Part shown: positions 8,323 to 17,890 of the stretch, in pieces
Layout: each line of letters begins with the position of its first letter
Position numbering within the stretch: position 1 is the stretch's first letter
Assembly: GCA_038245785.1 (NCBI GenBank)
Contig: JBBRSB010000022.1
Span: forward strand, 1 to 64,000
Length of the DNA: 64,000 nt
Direction: 5' to 3'
Origin: Gloeobacterales cyanobacterium
GTDB taxonomy: Bacteria > Cyanobacteriota > Cyanobacteriia > Gloeobacterales > PMM-0068
Position numbers and translations under genes: made by a program
Notes under the pieces: model-generated
What the model was told of the DNA's origin: nothing
The model's input: the letters and a program-made list of their open reading frames with translations, nothing else
The model's database searches: none

Positions 8323-9267
8323 TTACCAGAGCCCTTTCGTCATTTCCAAACTAGTTTTTTCTGCAACTTCTCTACCCTCATTAAGCAGATATTCTAAAAA
8401 CGTTTGAGCAATGATCGACAGTTTCTTTCCTTTGGGATAGATTACGTGCCAATTGCGGCGGATAGGAAAACCGACCACATCGAGAACAGCCAGTTGGCCT
8501 GTTGTTCCTTCGAGGGCAAGCGCGTGATGGGACAATATAGAAATGCCTAAGCCTCCTACCACAGCTTGCTTGATTGCTTCACTACTTCCCAACTCCATTT
8601 TGACCTTGAGCTTAATTCCTTTCTCATCAAAAAAACGCTGCACCATCATCCGGGTGCCTGAGCCTGGTTCACGCATCAAGAAGCGCTCTTCTTTTAGCCG
8701 TTCTATGGGAATATTTTTTTCGCCAACCAGAGGATGATGGCGCTCGGCAAGTACGACCAGGGCATCGTCCAAGAAAGGATGCAATTCTGCTTCGAGATTA
8801 TCGGGTGGTTGACCAAGGATATAGATATCATCAGTATTGTCCGCGAAACGTTCGAGCACTCGACCCCGATTAGCCACCTTTAGGGATACATCAATATCGG
8901 GATAGCGTTGGCAAAAAGGACCCAGTAGACGGGGAGCAAAATACTTAGCCGTAGTCACCACGGCCAGGTTGAGATTTCCTTTTTTCATGCCCTTCATATC
9001 AGCCACGGCCATCTCAAACTGAGACATACTGCTGAAAATTCGTTCACAGGTCACGAGCAGTTCCCGCCCAGCATCGGTTAAGTGAAGCTTTTTACCAATT
9101 TGTTCAAACAGAGGCAAACCCACCGCTTTGCTCAACTGCTTAATTTGCATAGAGACGGTCGGTTGCGTCAGGAATAGATCCTCGGCTGCGCGGGTAAAAC
9201 TACAGTGGCGCGCAGCAACTTGAAACACCTGTAGTTGGTGTAGCGTGGCGTTTCTCAAGGTAGGCAC
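8323..9267 (-). CDS. ndhR: LysR-type regulator of the CO2-concentrating mechanism (NdhR/CcmR, CbbR family)
   Basis: TLHQL...SFTRAAEDLFLTQPTVSMQIKQL, AVVTTAKYF, MREPGSGTR; divergent from ndhF3. Confidence 0.8.
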   Translation of the reverse strand: MPTLRNATLHQLQVFQVAARHCSFTRAAEDLFLTQPTVSMQIKQLSKAVGLPLFEQIGKKLHLTDAGRELLVTCERIFSSMSQFEMAVADMKGMKKGNLNLAVVTTAKYFAPRLLGPFCQRYPDIDVSLKVANRGRVLERFADNTDDIYILGQPPDNLEAELHPFLDDALVVLAERHHPLVGEKNIPIERLKEERFLMREPGSGTRMMVQRFFDEKGIKLKVKMELGSSEAIKQAVVGGLGISILSHHALALEGTTGQLAVLDVVGFPIRRNWHVIYPKGKKLSIIAQTFLEYLLNEGREVAEKTSLEMTKGLW

Positions 9268-9278
9268 TCCTTGGGTAT

Positions 9279-9345
9279 ATAGATTTAGGTCTATCTATCT
9301 TCTTATATACATCAATTTTTATCAATCCTGCATTAACCATAGGAT
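9279..9345 (+). promoter_or_regulatory. LysR operator ATAG-N8-CTAT with downstream box and candidate -10
   Basis: ATAG atttaggt CTAT (9279-9294), ATCAATTTTTATCAAT after 16 nt, TAGGAT at 9340. Confidence 0.65.
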
Positions 9346-9659
9346 CGGAACTCTTGCTCTAGGGTCGGCATCTCTATCTCTTCTTCGGTCAGTTCCTCTA
9401 GTTCCATAACTTTCGCCTGGAGCTGTATAAGCCGCTCTTGAAGTAGTTCTTTGATTGATTCTGGCCTGGCATTTAAACAATGCTTGCAGGCTTCACCGCA
9501 GTAAGCACCCCGGTCGTTGTAAACCACCGCAATCACGAATTTTCCTTTCGTCTTGACAGGAAGGGACCTGGACCCACAGAGCACACAAAAAACAGGGGCT
9601 TGGCCAGCATAGATAATTGGTTCCCACACAATTTTCACGGGCTCCTCCGGTTCCTGCAT
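9333..9659 (-). CDS. Hypothetical protein with CxxC...CxxC motifs and a coiled-coil C-terminus
   Basis: CVLCG and ACKHC motifs, 108 aa. Confidence 0.65.
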   Translation of the reverse strand: MQEPEEPVKIVWEPIIYAGQAPVFCVLCGSRSLPVKTKGKFVIAVVYNDRGAYCGEACKHCLNARPESIKELLQERLIQLQAKVMELEELTEEEIEMPTLEQEFRSYG

Positions 9660-9735
9660 TGACTTTCAGATATAACAAACTTACTTGGCTATCGGGTAAT
9701 CGTTGGTAGCAAATTCAGCAGATTACATGCAAACC

Positions 9736-9802
9736 ATAGAGTTCTTACTATCGTCATAATTGGCAACATCTACTTTTGTCTATGAATTCCCCCGTCTATT
9801 AT
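9736..9802 (+). promoter_or_regulatory. ndhF3 promoter with NdhR-type operator
   Basis: ATAG agttctta CTAT (9736-9751), ATCTACTTTTGTCTAT, -10 TATTAT at 9797. Confidence 0.75.
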
Positions 9803-9905
9803 CAATACTTATGTAGGCAAGCGCTCTGAGCTGTTGCTTTTATATCAAAGCTTCTTAGACTTGTCGTCTATCCTTCAATGTTGACACTGCCGTGGAGTAT
9901 CCGTA

Positions 9906-11720
9906 GTGCTTACTCAGTCTATTATGCAAACAGTTTGGTGGATTCCTCTCTATGGCCTGATTGGGGGTGTTGCGGCCTTGCCATGGTTCCCCGGCGTAAT
10001 TCATCGCACAGGCCCTAGACCTGCTGGCTATATCAATCTTTTGATGACGACCCTGGCCTTTGTTCATAGCCTGGTAATTTTTCAAGCCACCTGGAATCAG
10101 CCCTCACAGCAGCTTTCTCTGACATGGCTCAAGGTTGCCAATCTGGACCTGAGTTTTCCGATCGAGATCTCCTCCGTAACTTTAGGGGCGGCAGTTCTGA
10201 TTACAGGTCTGAATCTGCTAGCCCAGGTCTATGCCTTGGGCTATATGGAGATGGATTGGGGCTGGGCTCGTTTCTATGGACTAATGGGAATTTTTGAAGC
10301 GGGCCTATGCGCCTTAGTCCTCTGCAATTCCTTGTTTTTCAGCTATTTCATCCTCGAAATTCTGACCTTAGGTACGTACCTTTTGGTTGGCTTTTGGTTC
10401 AATCAGCCTTTAGTGGTCACCGGGGCGCGGGATGCCTTTCTAACCAAACGGGTTGGAGACCTCTTGCTGATGATGGGCGTAGTTGCACTTTGGCCGATCA
10501 CCGGGACCTTTAACTTTGCAGAGTTGGCCCAGTGGGCGGCGACAGCGAACATAGACCCGACAACGGCTACACTTCTAGGACTTGCTTTGATGGCTGGGCC
10601 TCTAGGCAAGTGTGCTCAATTTCCCTTACACCTTTGGCTTGATGAAGCGATGGAAGGTCCGATTCCCTCCACGATTCTCCGTAACTCTTTAGTCGTAGCG
10701 GTTGGAGCTTGGGTACTGGTCGAGCTTTATCCTATTCTTTCGCTCTCACCCGTGACCTTGACGACCCTGGTTGTCATTGGTGGAATCACGGCGGTGGGCG
10801 GTTCTCTAGTGGCCATTGCTCAAATCGACATCAAACGCACACTGTCCTATTTGGTTAGCGCCTATATGGGTCTTGTATTTATTGCCGTGGGAACAGGACA
10901 ACTGGAAGCAGCGCTGCTACTGGTTTTGACCCACGCTGTATCGATGGCCCTTTTGGTAATGAGTGCTGGAGCCATAATCTGGAATAGCGTCACCCAAGAC
11001 CTCAGTCAGTATGGGGGACTTTGGTCCCGTCGTCCGGCTTCTGGCTTGGCTTTCCTCGTAGGCATAGGTGGGTTAATTGCCCTTCCGCCCCTAGGAAGTT
11101 TCTGGGCCATCTTGAAGTTAGCGGATGGACTGTGGGAAACCCAGCCGTGGTTGGTTGGACTCGTGCTCTTAGTGAACGGATTGGCTGCTTTTGGCCTGGG
11201 TCGAGTTTTTGGTCTTGTCTTTAGTGGACCACTCAAGCCGATGACCGAACGTTCACCAGAAGTTTCCTGGCAGATGGTTTTGCCAATGATGCTTTTACTG
11301 GGTTTTGCGCTCCATCTCCCTTTGGTATTGCAGTACTTGTCTCTTCTCCCGGCATGGGAAGACATCAATATCCCGCTTGCTGTGCTCCTTACTGTGTCTA
11401 GTGCCATGTCCTATATCGGCTGGCGCTTCAGACCGATTCAACTTCCTTGGCCAACCATCCAAGATGTACTCGCCAATGATTTCTACACAGCCCAAGCCTA
11501 TCGCTTGAGTATCGTTGCTGGCGTTAGCTTCATCTCACGGATTACTGCTTTTGTAGATCATTACATTGTGGACGGAGCCGTCAATTTAGTCAGTCAAATT
11601 TCTGTGGTTGGCGGTGAGGTTTTAAAGTACACCACCAGTGGCAGAATCCAGCTCTATATGCTGACGGTGTTATTTGGAGTTGTATTTATGGGTGCCATGA
11701 TGATGATGACAACTCATTAG
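9906..11720 (+). CDS. ndhF3: NDH-1(3) subunit F3
   Basis: RTGPRPAGYINL, GYMEMDWGWARF, WFNQPLVVTGARDAFLTKRVGD; upstream of ndhD3-cupA. Confidence 0.93.
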   Translation: MLTQSIMQTVWWIPLYGLIGGVAALPWFPGVIHRTGPRPAGYINLLMTTLAFVHSLVIFQATWNQPSQQLSLTWLKVANLDLSFPIEISSVTLGAAVLITGLNLLAQVYALGYMEMDWGWARFYGLMGIFEAGLCALVLCNSLFFSYFILEILTLGTYLLVGFWFNQPLVVTGARDAFLTKRVGDLLLMMGVVALWPITGTFNFAELAQWAATANIDPTTATLLGLALMAGPLGKCAQFPLHLWLDEAMEGPIPSTILRNSLVVAVGAWVLVELYPILSLSPVTLTTLVVIGGITAVGGSLVAIAQIDIKRTLSYLVSAYMGLVFIAVGTGQLEAALLLVLTHAVSMALLVMSAGAIIWNSVTQDLSQYGGLWSRRPASGLAFLVGIGGLIALPPLGSFWAILKLADGLWETQPWLVGLVLLVNGLAAFGLGRVFGLVFSGPLKPMTERSPEVSWQMVLPMMLLLGFALHLPLVLQYLSLLPAWEDINIPLAVLLTVSSAMSYIGWRFRPIQLPWPTIQDVLANDFYTAQAYRLSIVAGVSFISRITAFVDHYIVDGAVNLVSQISVVGGEVLKYTTSGRIQLYMLTVLFGVVFMGAMMMMTTH

Positions 11721-11772
11721 TAGCAAAGTAATTTTCTCTCACGTGTCCAACCAGTTCAGGAGCAGGATTCAA

Positions 11773-13275
11773 ATGTTGAGTATGTTGATTGGCTTACCTA
11801 TCCTCAGTGCTGTGATTATTGGACTTTTGTCTGACAAGATTACAGCGGCTCAGATTCGTCAGATAGCCCTAGTGATCGTCAGCTTCCTGGGCCTCTGGAC
11901 TATCTGGCTATTCAGTCAATTCAATCCAGCAGCTTCAGGGATGCAGTTTGCCGAGTTTATACCCTGGCTTCCCATCGTTGGCCTGGACTACAGCTTAGGA
12001 GTGGATGGCCTATCTCTGCCGCTGCTCGGCCTGAATGCACTACTGATCTGGATTGCTGTTTACAGTACCGACTACTCCGGTGAGCGCCCTCGACTTTATT
12101 ACTCCCTGATTTTGCTCACAAGCGCAGGGATGGCTGGTGCCTTTATTGCTCAGAACTTATTACTATTTTTCTTATTTTACGAATTGCTGCTTATCCCCCT
12201 TTATCTACTCATTGCTATTTGGGGCAGTTCAGAAAAACAGGGCTATGCCTCAATGAAATTCCTGATCTACACAGCAGTTTCTGGTATCTTAATTTTTGTA
12301 GCCTTTCTAAGCATTGCTCTCCTCAGTTCTTCGGGCAGCTTTGCGTATAATCCTCAAGCGACTCAGGGGTTATCGCAAACAACGCAACTGATTCTATTGA
12401 CTGTGGTGCTTATAGGATTTGGGATCAAAATTCCTTTGATTCCTCTACACACCTGGCTACCCGATGCCTACGTTGCTGCTTCACCCCCGATTGCAATTCT
12501 CTTAGGCGGAGTCCTGGCCAAGCTAGGGACCTATGGTCTCGTCCGGTTTGGGCTGGGTCTATTTCCTGAGACGTGGACCATCGTCGCACCTGGGCTTGCC
12601 ATTATTGGAGCGATTACGGCTATTTACGGAGCCCTTGCTGCCATTGCCCAAAAAGATATCAAACGGATGGTGGCCTACAGTTCCATCGGCCATATGGGCT
12701 ACATCCTCTTGGGCGCAGCGGCGGCGACTCCTCTAAGTCTGCTAGGCGTAGTGCTACAAATGGTCAGTCACGGAATTATCTTGGCCTTTCTATTCCATCT
12801 GATTGGAGTAATAGAAGCTAAAGTTGGCACCCGCGATTTGGATGTGCTCAATGGTCTGATGAATCCAATCCGGGGCTTACCGCTGATGAGTAGCCTCCTG
12901 GTGATCGGGGGCATGGCGAGTGCTGGAATTCCAGGCTTGGTCGGCTTTGTCTCCGAATTTCTAATTCTCCAGGGCAGCTTTGCCGCCTTTCCGATCCCAA
13001 CGCTGGTTTGTATCACCTGTAGTGGTTTAACAGCAGTCTACTTTGTAACGCTGCTCAACCGGACCTGCTTTGGCAAATTGGATAATGCTACCGCCTACTA
13101 TCCCAAAGTCCAGTGGCCAGAACGCACTCCGGCCCTGATTCTGGCAGCACTGACGCTCTTTCTTGGCATTCAACCAACCTGGCTCACGCGCTGGACCGAA
13201 CCAACCACCGATGTTATGGCAACCACCATCTCTGATGTGCATAAAGCCACCCATATTTCTACAAGCTCTCGATAA
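11773..13275 (+). CDS. ndhD3: NDH-1(3) subunit D3
   Basis: GVDGLS, PLHTWLPDAY, LNGLMNPIRGLP, LNRTCFGKLDN. Confidence 0.93.
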   Translation: MLSMLIGLPILSAVIIGLLSDKITAAQIRQIALVIVSFLGLWTIWLFSQFNPAASGMQFAEFIPWLPIVGLDYSLGVDGLSLPLLGLNALLIWIAVYSTDYSGERPRLYYSLILLTSAGMAGAFIAQNLLLFFLFYELLLIPLYLLIAIWGSSEKQGYASMKFLIYTAVSGILIFVAFLSIALLSSSGSFAYNPQATQGLSQTTQLILLTVVLIGFGIKIPLIPLHTWLPDAYVAASPPIAILLGGVLAKLGTYGLVRFGLGLFPETWTIVAPGLAIIGAITAIYGALAAIAQKDIKRMVAYSSIGHMGYILLGAAAATPLSLLGVVLQMVSHGIILAFLFHLIGVIEAKVGTRDLDVLNGLMNPIRGLPLMSSLLVIGGMASAGIPGLVGFVSEFLILQGSFAAFPIPTLVCITCSGLTAVYFVTLLNRTCFGKLDNATAYYPKVQWPERTPALILAALTLFLGIQPTWLTRWTEPTTDVMATTISDVHKATHISTSSR

Positions 13276-13301
13276 TCCGTCATCCCTAAAGAGGCACAAC
13301 C

Positions 13302-14591
13302 ATGGTTACCACGGAAACTAAGGCTAAACTGCCCCCTTCCACCCATCCTTTCGCAGAAATCATTCACCGACTGGAAGCGGGGGGAGCGATGCTTCCGGAT
13401 ACCCCAGAAAATCTGATGCAAATCATTGGTTTGTACAAAGCCTATGCGGTGCCGATGGATTTCTACTGGCGTGACCTTCTCTATATCGCCGAGCGGGAGT
13501 TTTTGAACCCCTTGCCTTTCTTCAAGTACTTCTTGCCCAAAGAGTATCTGGACCTGCACAACCACTATGCCGGGGATGATGCAGATTTGCGGATTTGGCG
13601 CGGAGAAGCGACTGCCCATCCAGAGCTTCTAGCCTATATGCAGCACGGGGAAACGTTTAAAATGCCTCGCCTGTTTCACCATCTCTGGCATGACCGCGTC
13701 AATATGGAATTTGCCGAAATGTGCATGCGGGCCATGCTCTGGCATCGAGGCATGGGCGGGCAATTCGACCCTTACTTGGACTCGGAAGAATACAAGGCCA
13801 ATGCCGACCGAGCGATTAAAGCTTATTTCAAAGGCAATCCCTTAATGCTGGGCATTCATCAAATGTTTCCAGACTTATTTCTCGAACAATGCCGTCAAAT
13901 GTCCTACTACAGCAACCTCGGTCTGTTTTGGGAAGTGATGGCTCCAGTATTCTTTGAGATGTCTGACCTCTATGATGAAGGCAAGATTAGCAGTGTCCCA
14001 GAAGCGATGGATTTTCTGGTAAATGGTATTTTTGCCATAGCGGGCCGTCCTATCTATCACCATGTCTATATTCGGGGTGAATGCTATGAAATCATCCCCA
14101 AATCCAAAGGCTTTATGTGGCTCTACGAAGCAGCCCTGCCCTATGTAGAAGCAGTTTTTTATCGCACCGCCCCTTTCCGGGGGACCAAATCCTACAATGC
14201 CCAAGCCCACCAGGTCCCGGCAGAGCAAAAGGATTTTCACTATGGAATTCTTTATGCCGATGTATTTCCCGTTGGAACTGCAGGCATCCCGCCGACTTTA
14301 CTGATGCAAGACATGATTCACTTTTTACCCCCTTATCTGGTCGAATACTATCAGAAGCATTGCCGGGGCGAAAGCGATATGCTGATTCAACTGGGCGTCA
14401 GCTTTCAACGCTCCATGTTCTGTGTTACTTCTGCAGTCATTCAGGCTTTACGACAGGCTTTGCTCTATCCACTCGATGACCCAAATCCAAGGCATCTTGC
14501 AGCGAACCGAGCTTTCTTTGAACAGCAAATGGACCGTTTTCTCCGTCCTGAAGCCCGTTTGAGAGATATTCAGCGCCAAGAATATCGGTAG
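13302..14591 (+). CDS. cupA: CO2 hydration protein CupA/ChpY
   Basis: LPPSTHPFAEIIHRLEAGG, PMDFYWRDLLYI, PFRGTKSYNAQA. Confidence 0.95.
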   Translation: MVTTETKAKLPPSTHPFAEIIHRLEAGGAMLPDTPENLMQIIGLYKAYAVPMDFYWRDLLYIAEREFLNPLPFFKYFLPKEYLDLHNHYAGDDADLRIWRGEATAHPELLAYMQHGETFKMPRLFHHLWHDRVNMEFAEMCMRAMLWHRGMGGQFDPYLDSEEYKANADRAIKAYFKGNPLMLGIHQMFPDLFLEQCRQMSYYSNLGLFWEVMAPVFFEMSDLYDEGKISSVPEAMDFLVNGIFAIAGRPIYHHVYIRGECYEIIPKSKGFMWLYEAALPYVEAVFYRTAPFRGTKSYNAQAHQVPAEQKDFHYGILYADVFPVGTAGIPPTLLMQDMIHFLPPYLVEYYQKHCRGESDMLIQLGVSFQRSMFCVTSAVIQALRQALLYPLDDPNPRHLAANRAFFEQQMDRFLRPEARLRDIQRQEYR

Positions 14592-14613
14592 TTATTTAAG
14601 ACAAGAGAATCTG

Positions 14614-15309
14614 ATGTCCCGCATCCACCCCTACCAACCCGTTTTACTGCGACTACTCCATAGTCTTAATTCTTTTCTCATCCTGGCAGCCTTGATTAGC
14701 GGATTTTGGGTGTACAACACCTATGACGGAAGACTAGGAAAACTTCCGCTTCCCAGGCTTGAAGGCATCATTGATATCCACGGGACCTTTGGTTTAGTCT
14801 TCCTTTTTGTACTGCCTATCTTCGCTCTATACAGTTTCCGAACGGGCCAAAAATGGCTCATGCAATCTAATTCTTTTTCACAATTAGCTCGAGTGAACCA
14901 ACCTGTGTGGTGGCTTGGTCTGCAAAGAATCACTAATACAGGAATTTTATTAGCAGCAAGCTTCTCTTTGCTGACTGGCAGAATGATGAAGGAAGATTGG
15001 TTGCCCGATGGAGATCTAGACCAGGTTTGGTATCTGCTGCATCTGACAGGTTGGTCAGTGCTGGCAGCTTGCCTTTTTATTCATCTTTTAACCCATCTTA
15101 AAGTGGGTGGAGTATCATTACTTCTCTCTATGACAGACCTAAAAGTTCAGCCAGGAGACAGTCTCGGAGATAGCTTCAAAAAGATGATCAGCAGTCAGCA
15201 TCATTCACCTTCCAAATCACAAGTAAGCAAAATGTTTCCCATAAAAGCAGCTGAATTTGTCGTCTTGGTGAATATCTTCTCCGCAATTCTACTGCCTATA
15301 ATTCAGTAA
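14614..15309 (+). CDS. Cytochrome b/b6-domain membrane protein (Ni/Fe-hydrogenase cytochrome b-like)
   Basis: PYQPVLLRLLH, DIHGTFG, WYLLH, FIHLLTH: His-bearing transmembrane helices. Confidence 0.7.
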   Translation: MSRIHPYQPVLLRLLHSLNSFLILAALISGFWVYNTYDGRLGKLPLPRLEGIIDIHGTFGLVFLFVLPIFALYSFRTGQKWLMQSNSFSQLARVNQPVWWLGLQRITNTGILLAASFSLLTGRMMKEDWLPDGDLDQVWYLLHLTGWSVLAACLFIHLLTHLKVGGVSLLLSMTDLKVQPGDSLGDSFKKMISSQHHSPSKSQVSKMFPIKAAEFVVLVNIFSAILLPIIQ

Positions 15310-15376
15310 GTAACAAAGTGCGTGTATAAAGCATCTATATAGGTGTGAATTATCAATGAAGGTGTGTGGTGAGGAG

Positions 15377-15778
15377 ATGGCTGATATTGTTGATGTTGCA
15401 GTTAGTTCGGGGGCTTTTCAGACCTTAGTGACCGCAGTGCAAGCGGCTGGTTTGGTAGAAACGCTCAAAAGTCCAGGGCCTTTTACTGTTTTTGCTCCTA
15501 ATGACGAGGCTTTTGCCAAGTTACCCCCTGGGACTATTACGACATTGGTTCAAAATATTCCTCAGTTAACCAGGATTTTGACCTATCACGTAGTCTCTGG
15601 CTGTTTTCTACAGGCTGACCTTGCAAAACTCGGCACCGTTACGTCCATAGAAGGCTCACCAATTATTCTTGATTTCACAGAGGGTTTTGAAGTCAAAAAT
15701 GCCACTGTGGTGATAGCGGATGTCATTGTCGACAATGGCGTAATTCACGTTATTGATAACGTGCTTTTGATGGGCTAG
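15377..15778 (+). CDS. cupS: Fasciclin-domain protein CupS
   Basis: MADIVDVAV...[31 protein letters not shown]...[17 protein letters not shown]. Confidence 0.85.
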   Translation: MADIVDVAVSSGAFQTLVTAVQAAGLVETLKSPGPFTVFAPNDEAFAKLPPGTITTLVQNIPQLTRILTYHVVSGCFLQADLAKLGTVTSIEGSPIILDFTEGFEVKNATVVIADVIVDNGVIHVIDNVLLMG

Positions 15779-15789
15779 TCTATACGGTC

Positions 15790-16782
15790 TTATTCGCTTC
15801 TATCGGCTTGGGGTAAGCGTTGAGCTCCATTTTCGTTCTTCGGGGATGCTGGAGATTGTTGGGCCCAATTTTGTAAGGCAAGCGCACTGCCTGCCGTCCC
15901 AAGACTATTGAGCGTATCGGTAGGAATAAGCACTACGTTCCCTTTCTCTTTGAGTCCTTCCCGGATAATGTTCCAGCCACGCAGGGTAAGGGCAATTTTA
16001 TTACTTTCATATTGATTGGCCGCATCGAGGAAGTTGGCAGCAATTTCTTTCTCCGCTTCCGAAAGGATAACCCGTGCTTTCTTCTCTCGTTCTGCTTGGG
16101 CTTCGCGACTCATAGCATCCTGCAAGTTTTCTGGTATTTGTACATCCCGGACTTCCACGGCCTGCAGTTGGATTCCCCATGCTGCCGTTCGTTCTTCAAT
16201 GATTTGTTGGAGTAGTTTTTCTAGCGTTGCCCGTTCAGAAAGAAGTTCGGCGAGTAGCGAACGACCAATAATATCTCTTAGGGCAGTCTGAGCAGCCCAG
16301 GTAACGGCCAAGGAATAATCAGCCACTTCTAAGGAAGCTTTCTTCACATCAAAAACGTACCAGAAGAGGACTGCGTCTACATCGACAGGGACGGTATCGC
16401 GGGTCAAGGTCTGTTGGGCTTCAAAAGGGCTGACTTGGACACGCGTATCAATTCGGGCGGCAATCCGGTCAACTACAGGTAAGAGAAAGACTAAACCGGG
16501 TTTCTTAATCTCATGAAATTTTCCTAAGCGCAGGACAATCAGGCGGTCCCATTCATTTACAAGGCGCAAACAAGAGACACCAAGTGCTCCTAGCACAAAG
16601 GAAGCTACGGCGAGGGGGATGCCTAAAACTGGAGGAGCAAAGACCAAACTGCCTGCGCCCAAAAGCCCAAAGGCAGTGGCTATGGCAGCCCGAAATCCAC
16701 CATCAGCAGAAGCAACGGTCGGCGTAATCTTTTGTAGCTCATTGCTGGAATTTAAACGTTGATAAGAAGTGATGTTTTGCAT
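15790..16782 (-). CDS. SPFH/stomatin (band 7) protein
   Basis: VLRLGKF, TLTRDTVPVDVDAVLFW, AQTALRDIIG, AMSREAQAEREK. Confidence 0.9.
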   Translation of the reverse strand: MQNITSYQRLNSSNELQKITPTVASADGGFRAAIATAFGLLGAGSLVFAPPVLGIPLAVASFVLGALGVSCLRLVNEWDRLIVLRLGKFHEIKKPGLVFLLPVVDRIAARIDTRVQVSPFEAQQTLTRDTVPVDVDAVLFWYVFDVKKASLEVADYSLAVTWAAQTALRDIIGRSLLAELLSERATLEKLLQQIIEERTAAWGIQLQAVEVRDVQIPENLQDAMSREAQAEREKKARVILSEAEKEIAANFLDAANQYESNKIALTLRGWNIIREGLKEKGNVVLIPTDTLNSLGTAGSALALQNWAQQSPASPKNENGAQRLPQADRSE

Positions 16783-16802
16783 AACGAAGATGCCTTTAGA
16801 AA

Positions 16803-17009
16803 CTAAATGGTGAGTGAGCCTTGCCAGCGGCGATAGGCATTTTCAATAACGGAGGGCGGAACGTGGAGTTGAACTGCCAGTTCACGAACCGTAGGCAGCT
16901 GATACTCGTGGTGCAGGAGTCCAGCTTCTTGAAGAATGACCAGCTGTTGTAGTATTTGCTCCTCTGGATCGAGAGAACTCGACCAATCCAGACGAAAAGC
17001 TTTCAACAT
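16803..17009 (-). CDS. Small GntR-type winged-helix protein
   Basis: QLPTVRELAVQLHVPPSVIENAY. Confidence 0.7.
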   Translation of the reverse strand: MLKAFRLDWSSSLDPEEQILQQLVILQEAGLLHHEYQLPTVRELAVQLHVPPSVIENAYRRWQGSLTI

Positions 17010-17306
17010 ATCTCTACCCTAGCAATTTCTAGAAGGGTTACTAGTCTCTATATTGCCCGTTAATCCTGTATTGCATGGACAACATGCGCTGCTTCCTGAC
17101 TTTACAGGAATAATCACAGTGTGATAACAGGTAGCAGATATTAAAGTTTTAATGAGAGAGTGAGCTCCTGTAAGCTTAAGCCGGCACAGCTAGTCAGCTT
17201 GCTGCTCGACGATTCGACAGTAGTGAATTATCAGCCCAGTGCAAAAGAATGACAGGGAAGTTTTCCGTGTTGATTTAAAACAGTCTTTAGCTCAGCCCAA
17301 ATTTTT

Positions 17307-17528
17307 TTACTGCAGGGGAAAGCTGTGCTTAAGGTTCGCTGCGCTGTTTTTCAGGAGCCATCGAGCCGCCAGTACATCTCCTTCATGCCAAGCCAAGTGC
17401 TCAATAGTTTCTAAGAAGAGTTCTGCCACTCGGTCACCCTGCATACATTCCTGTAGCTGAAGGAGGATACTTCTTGCCTGATCCACGTTACGGGTTCTAA
17501 TCGCGCTGGCTAGTGCATCGGTCGACAT
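17307..17528 (-). CDS. Small hypothetical protein
   Basis: 73-aa helical ORF with an AGGA RBS; no family recognised. Confidence 0.4.
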   Translation of the reverse strand: MSTDALASAIRTRNVDQARSILLQLQECMQGDRVAELFLETIEHLAWHEGDVLAARWLLKNSAANLKHSFPLQ

Positions 17529-17675
17529 AGGGATTTCCTAGGACTCATGCCCTTTTTTAGCACAATTATCAGTTTCCCATGGGCTTCTTACCGCCTTTGT
17601 TCATGCTGTTTAGACAATATTTAAAAACCGACAAATTCAGTTACAAATCAAGCGTGTTTGCTTACATTTCAAGAC

Positions 17676-17742
17676 ATAGACTACAATCTATGATTATTAT
17701 TAAATAAATCGACTTTTCTCTATACGAGTTAGCCTCTACTAT
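17676..17742 (+). promoter_or_regulatory. Promoter of the ABC operon with NdhR/CmpR-type operator
   Basis: ATAG actacaat CTAT (17676-17691), ATCGACTTTTCTCTAT, -10 TACTAT at 17737; spacing identical to the ndhF3 promoter. Confidence 0.75.
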
Positions 17743-17890
17743 CTAAGGAATGCAACTCAAGAGTAGCTTCGCTCTTGAATTTCTATCTGCGCAGCGAATG
17801 CGAAAAGCCTGTTTGATGCGCCATTTTCGTTGGGGCTTTAGACATGCAACTCCAAACATCTAATCAACTTTCCGTACGTGAGGATCTCCG

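Noticed and set aside
17600..17890. NtcA site expected if the ABC operon were a standard nitrate transporter
   Set aside because: No GTA-N8-TAC found by eye; a LysR-type motif is present instead.
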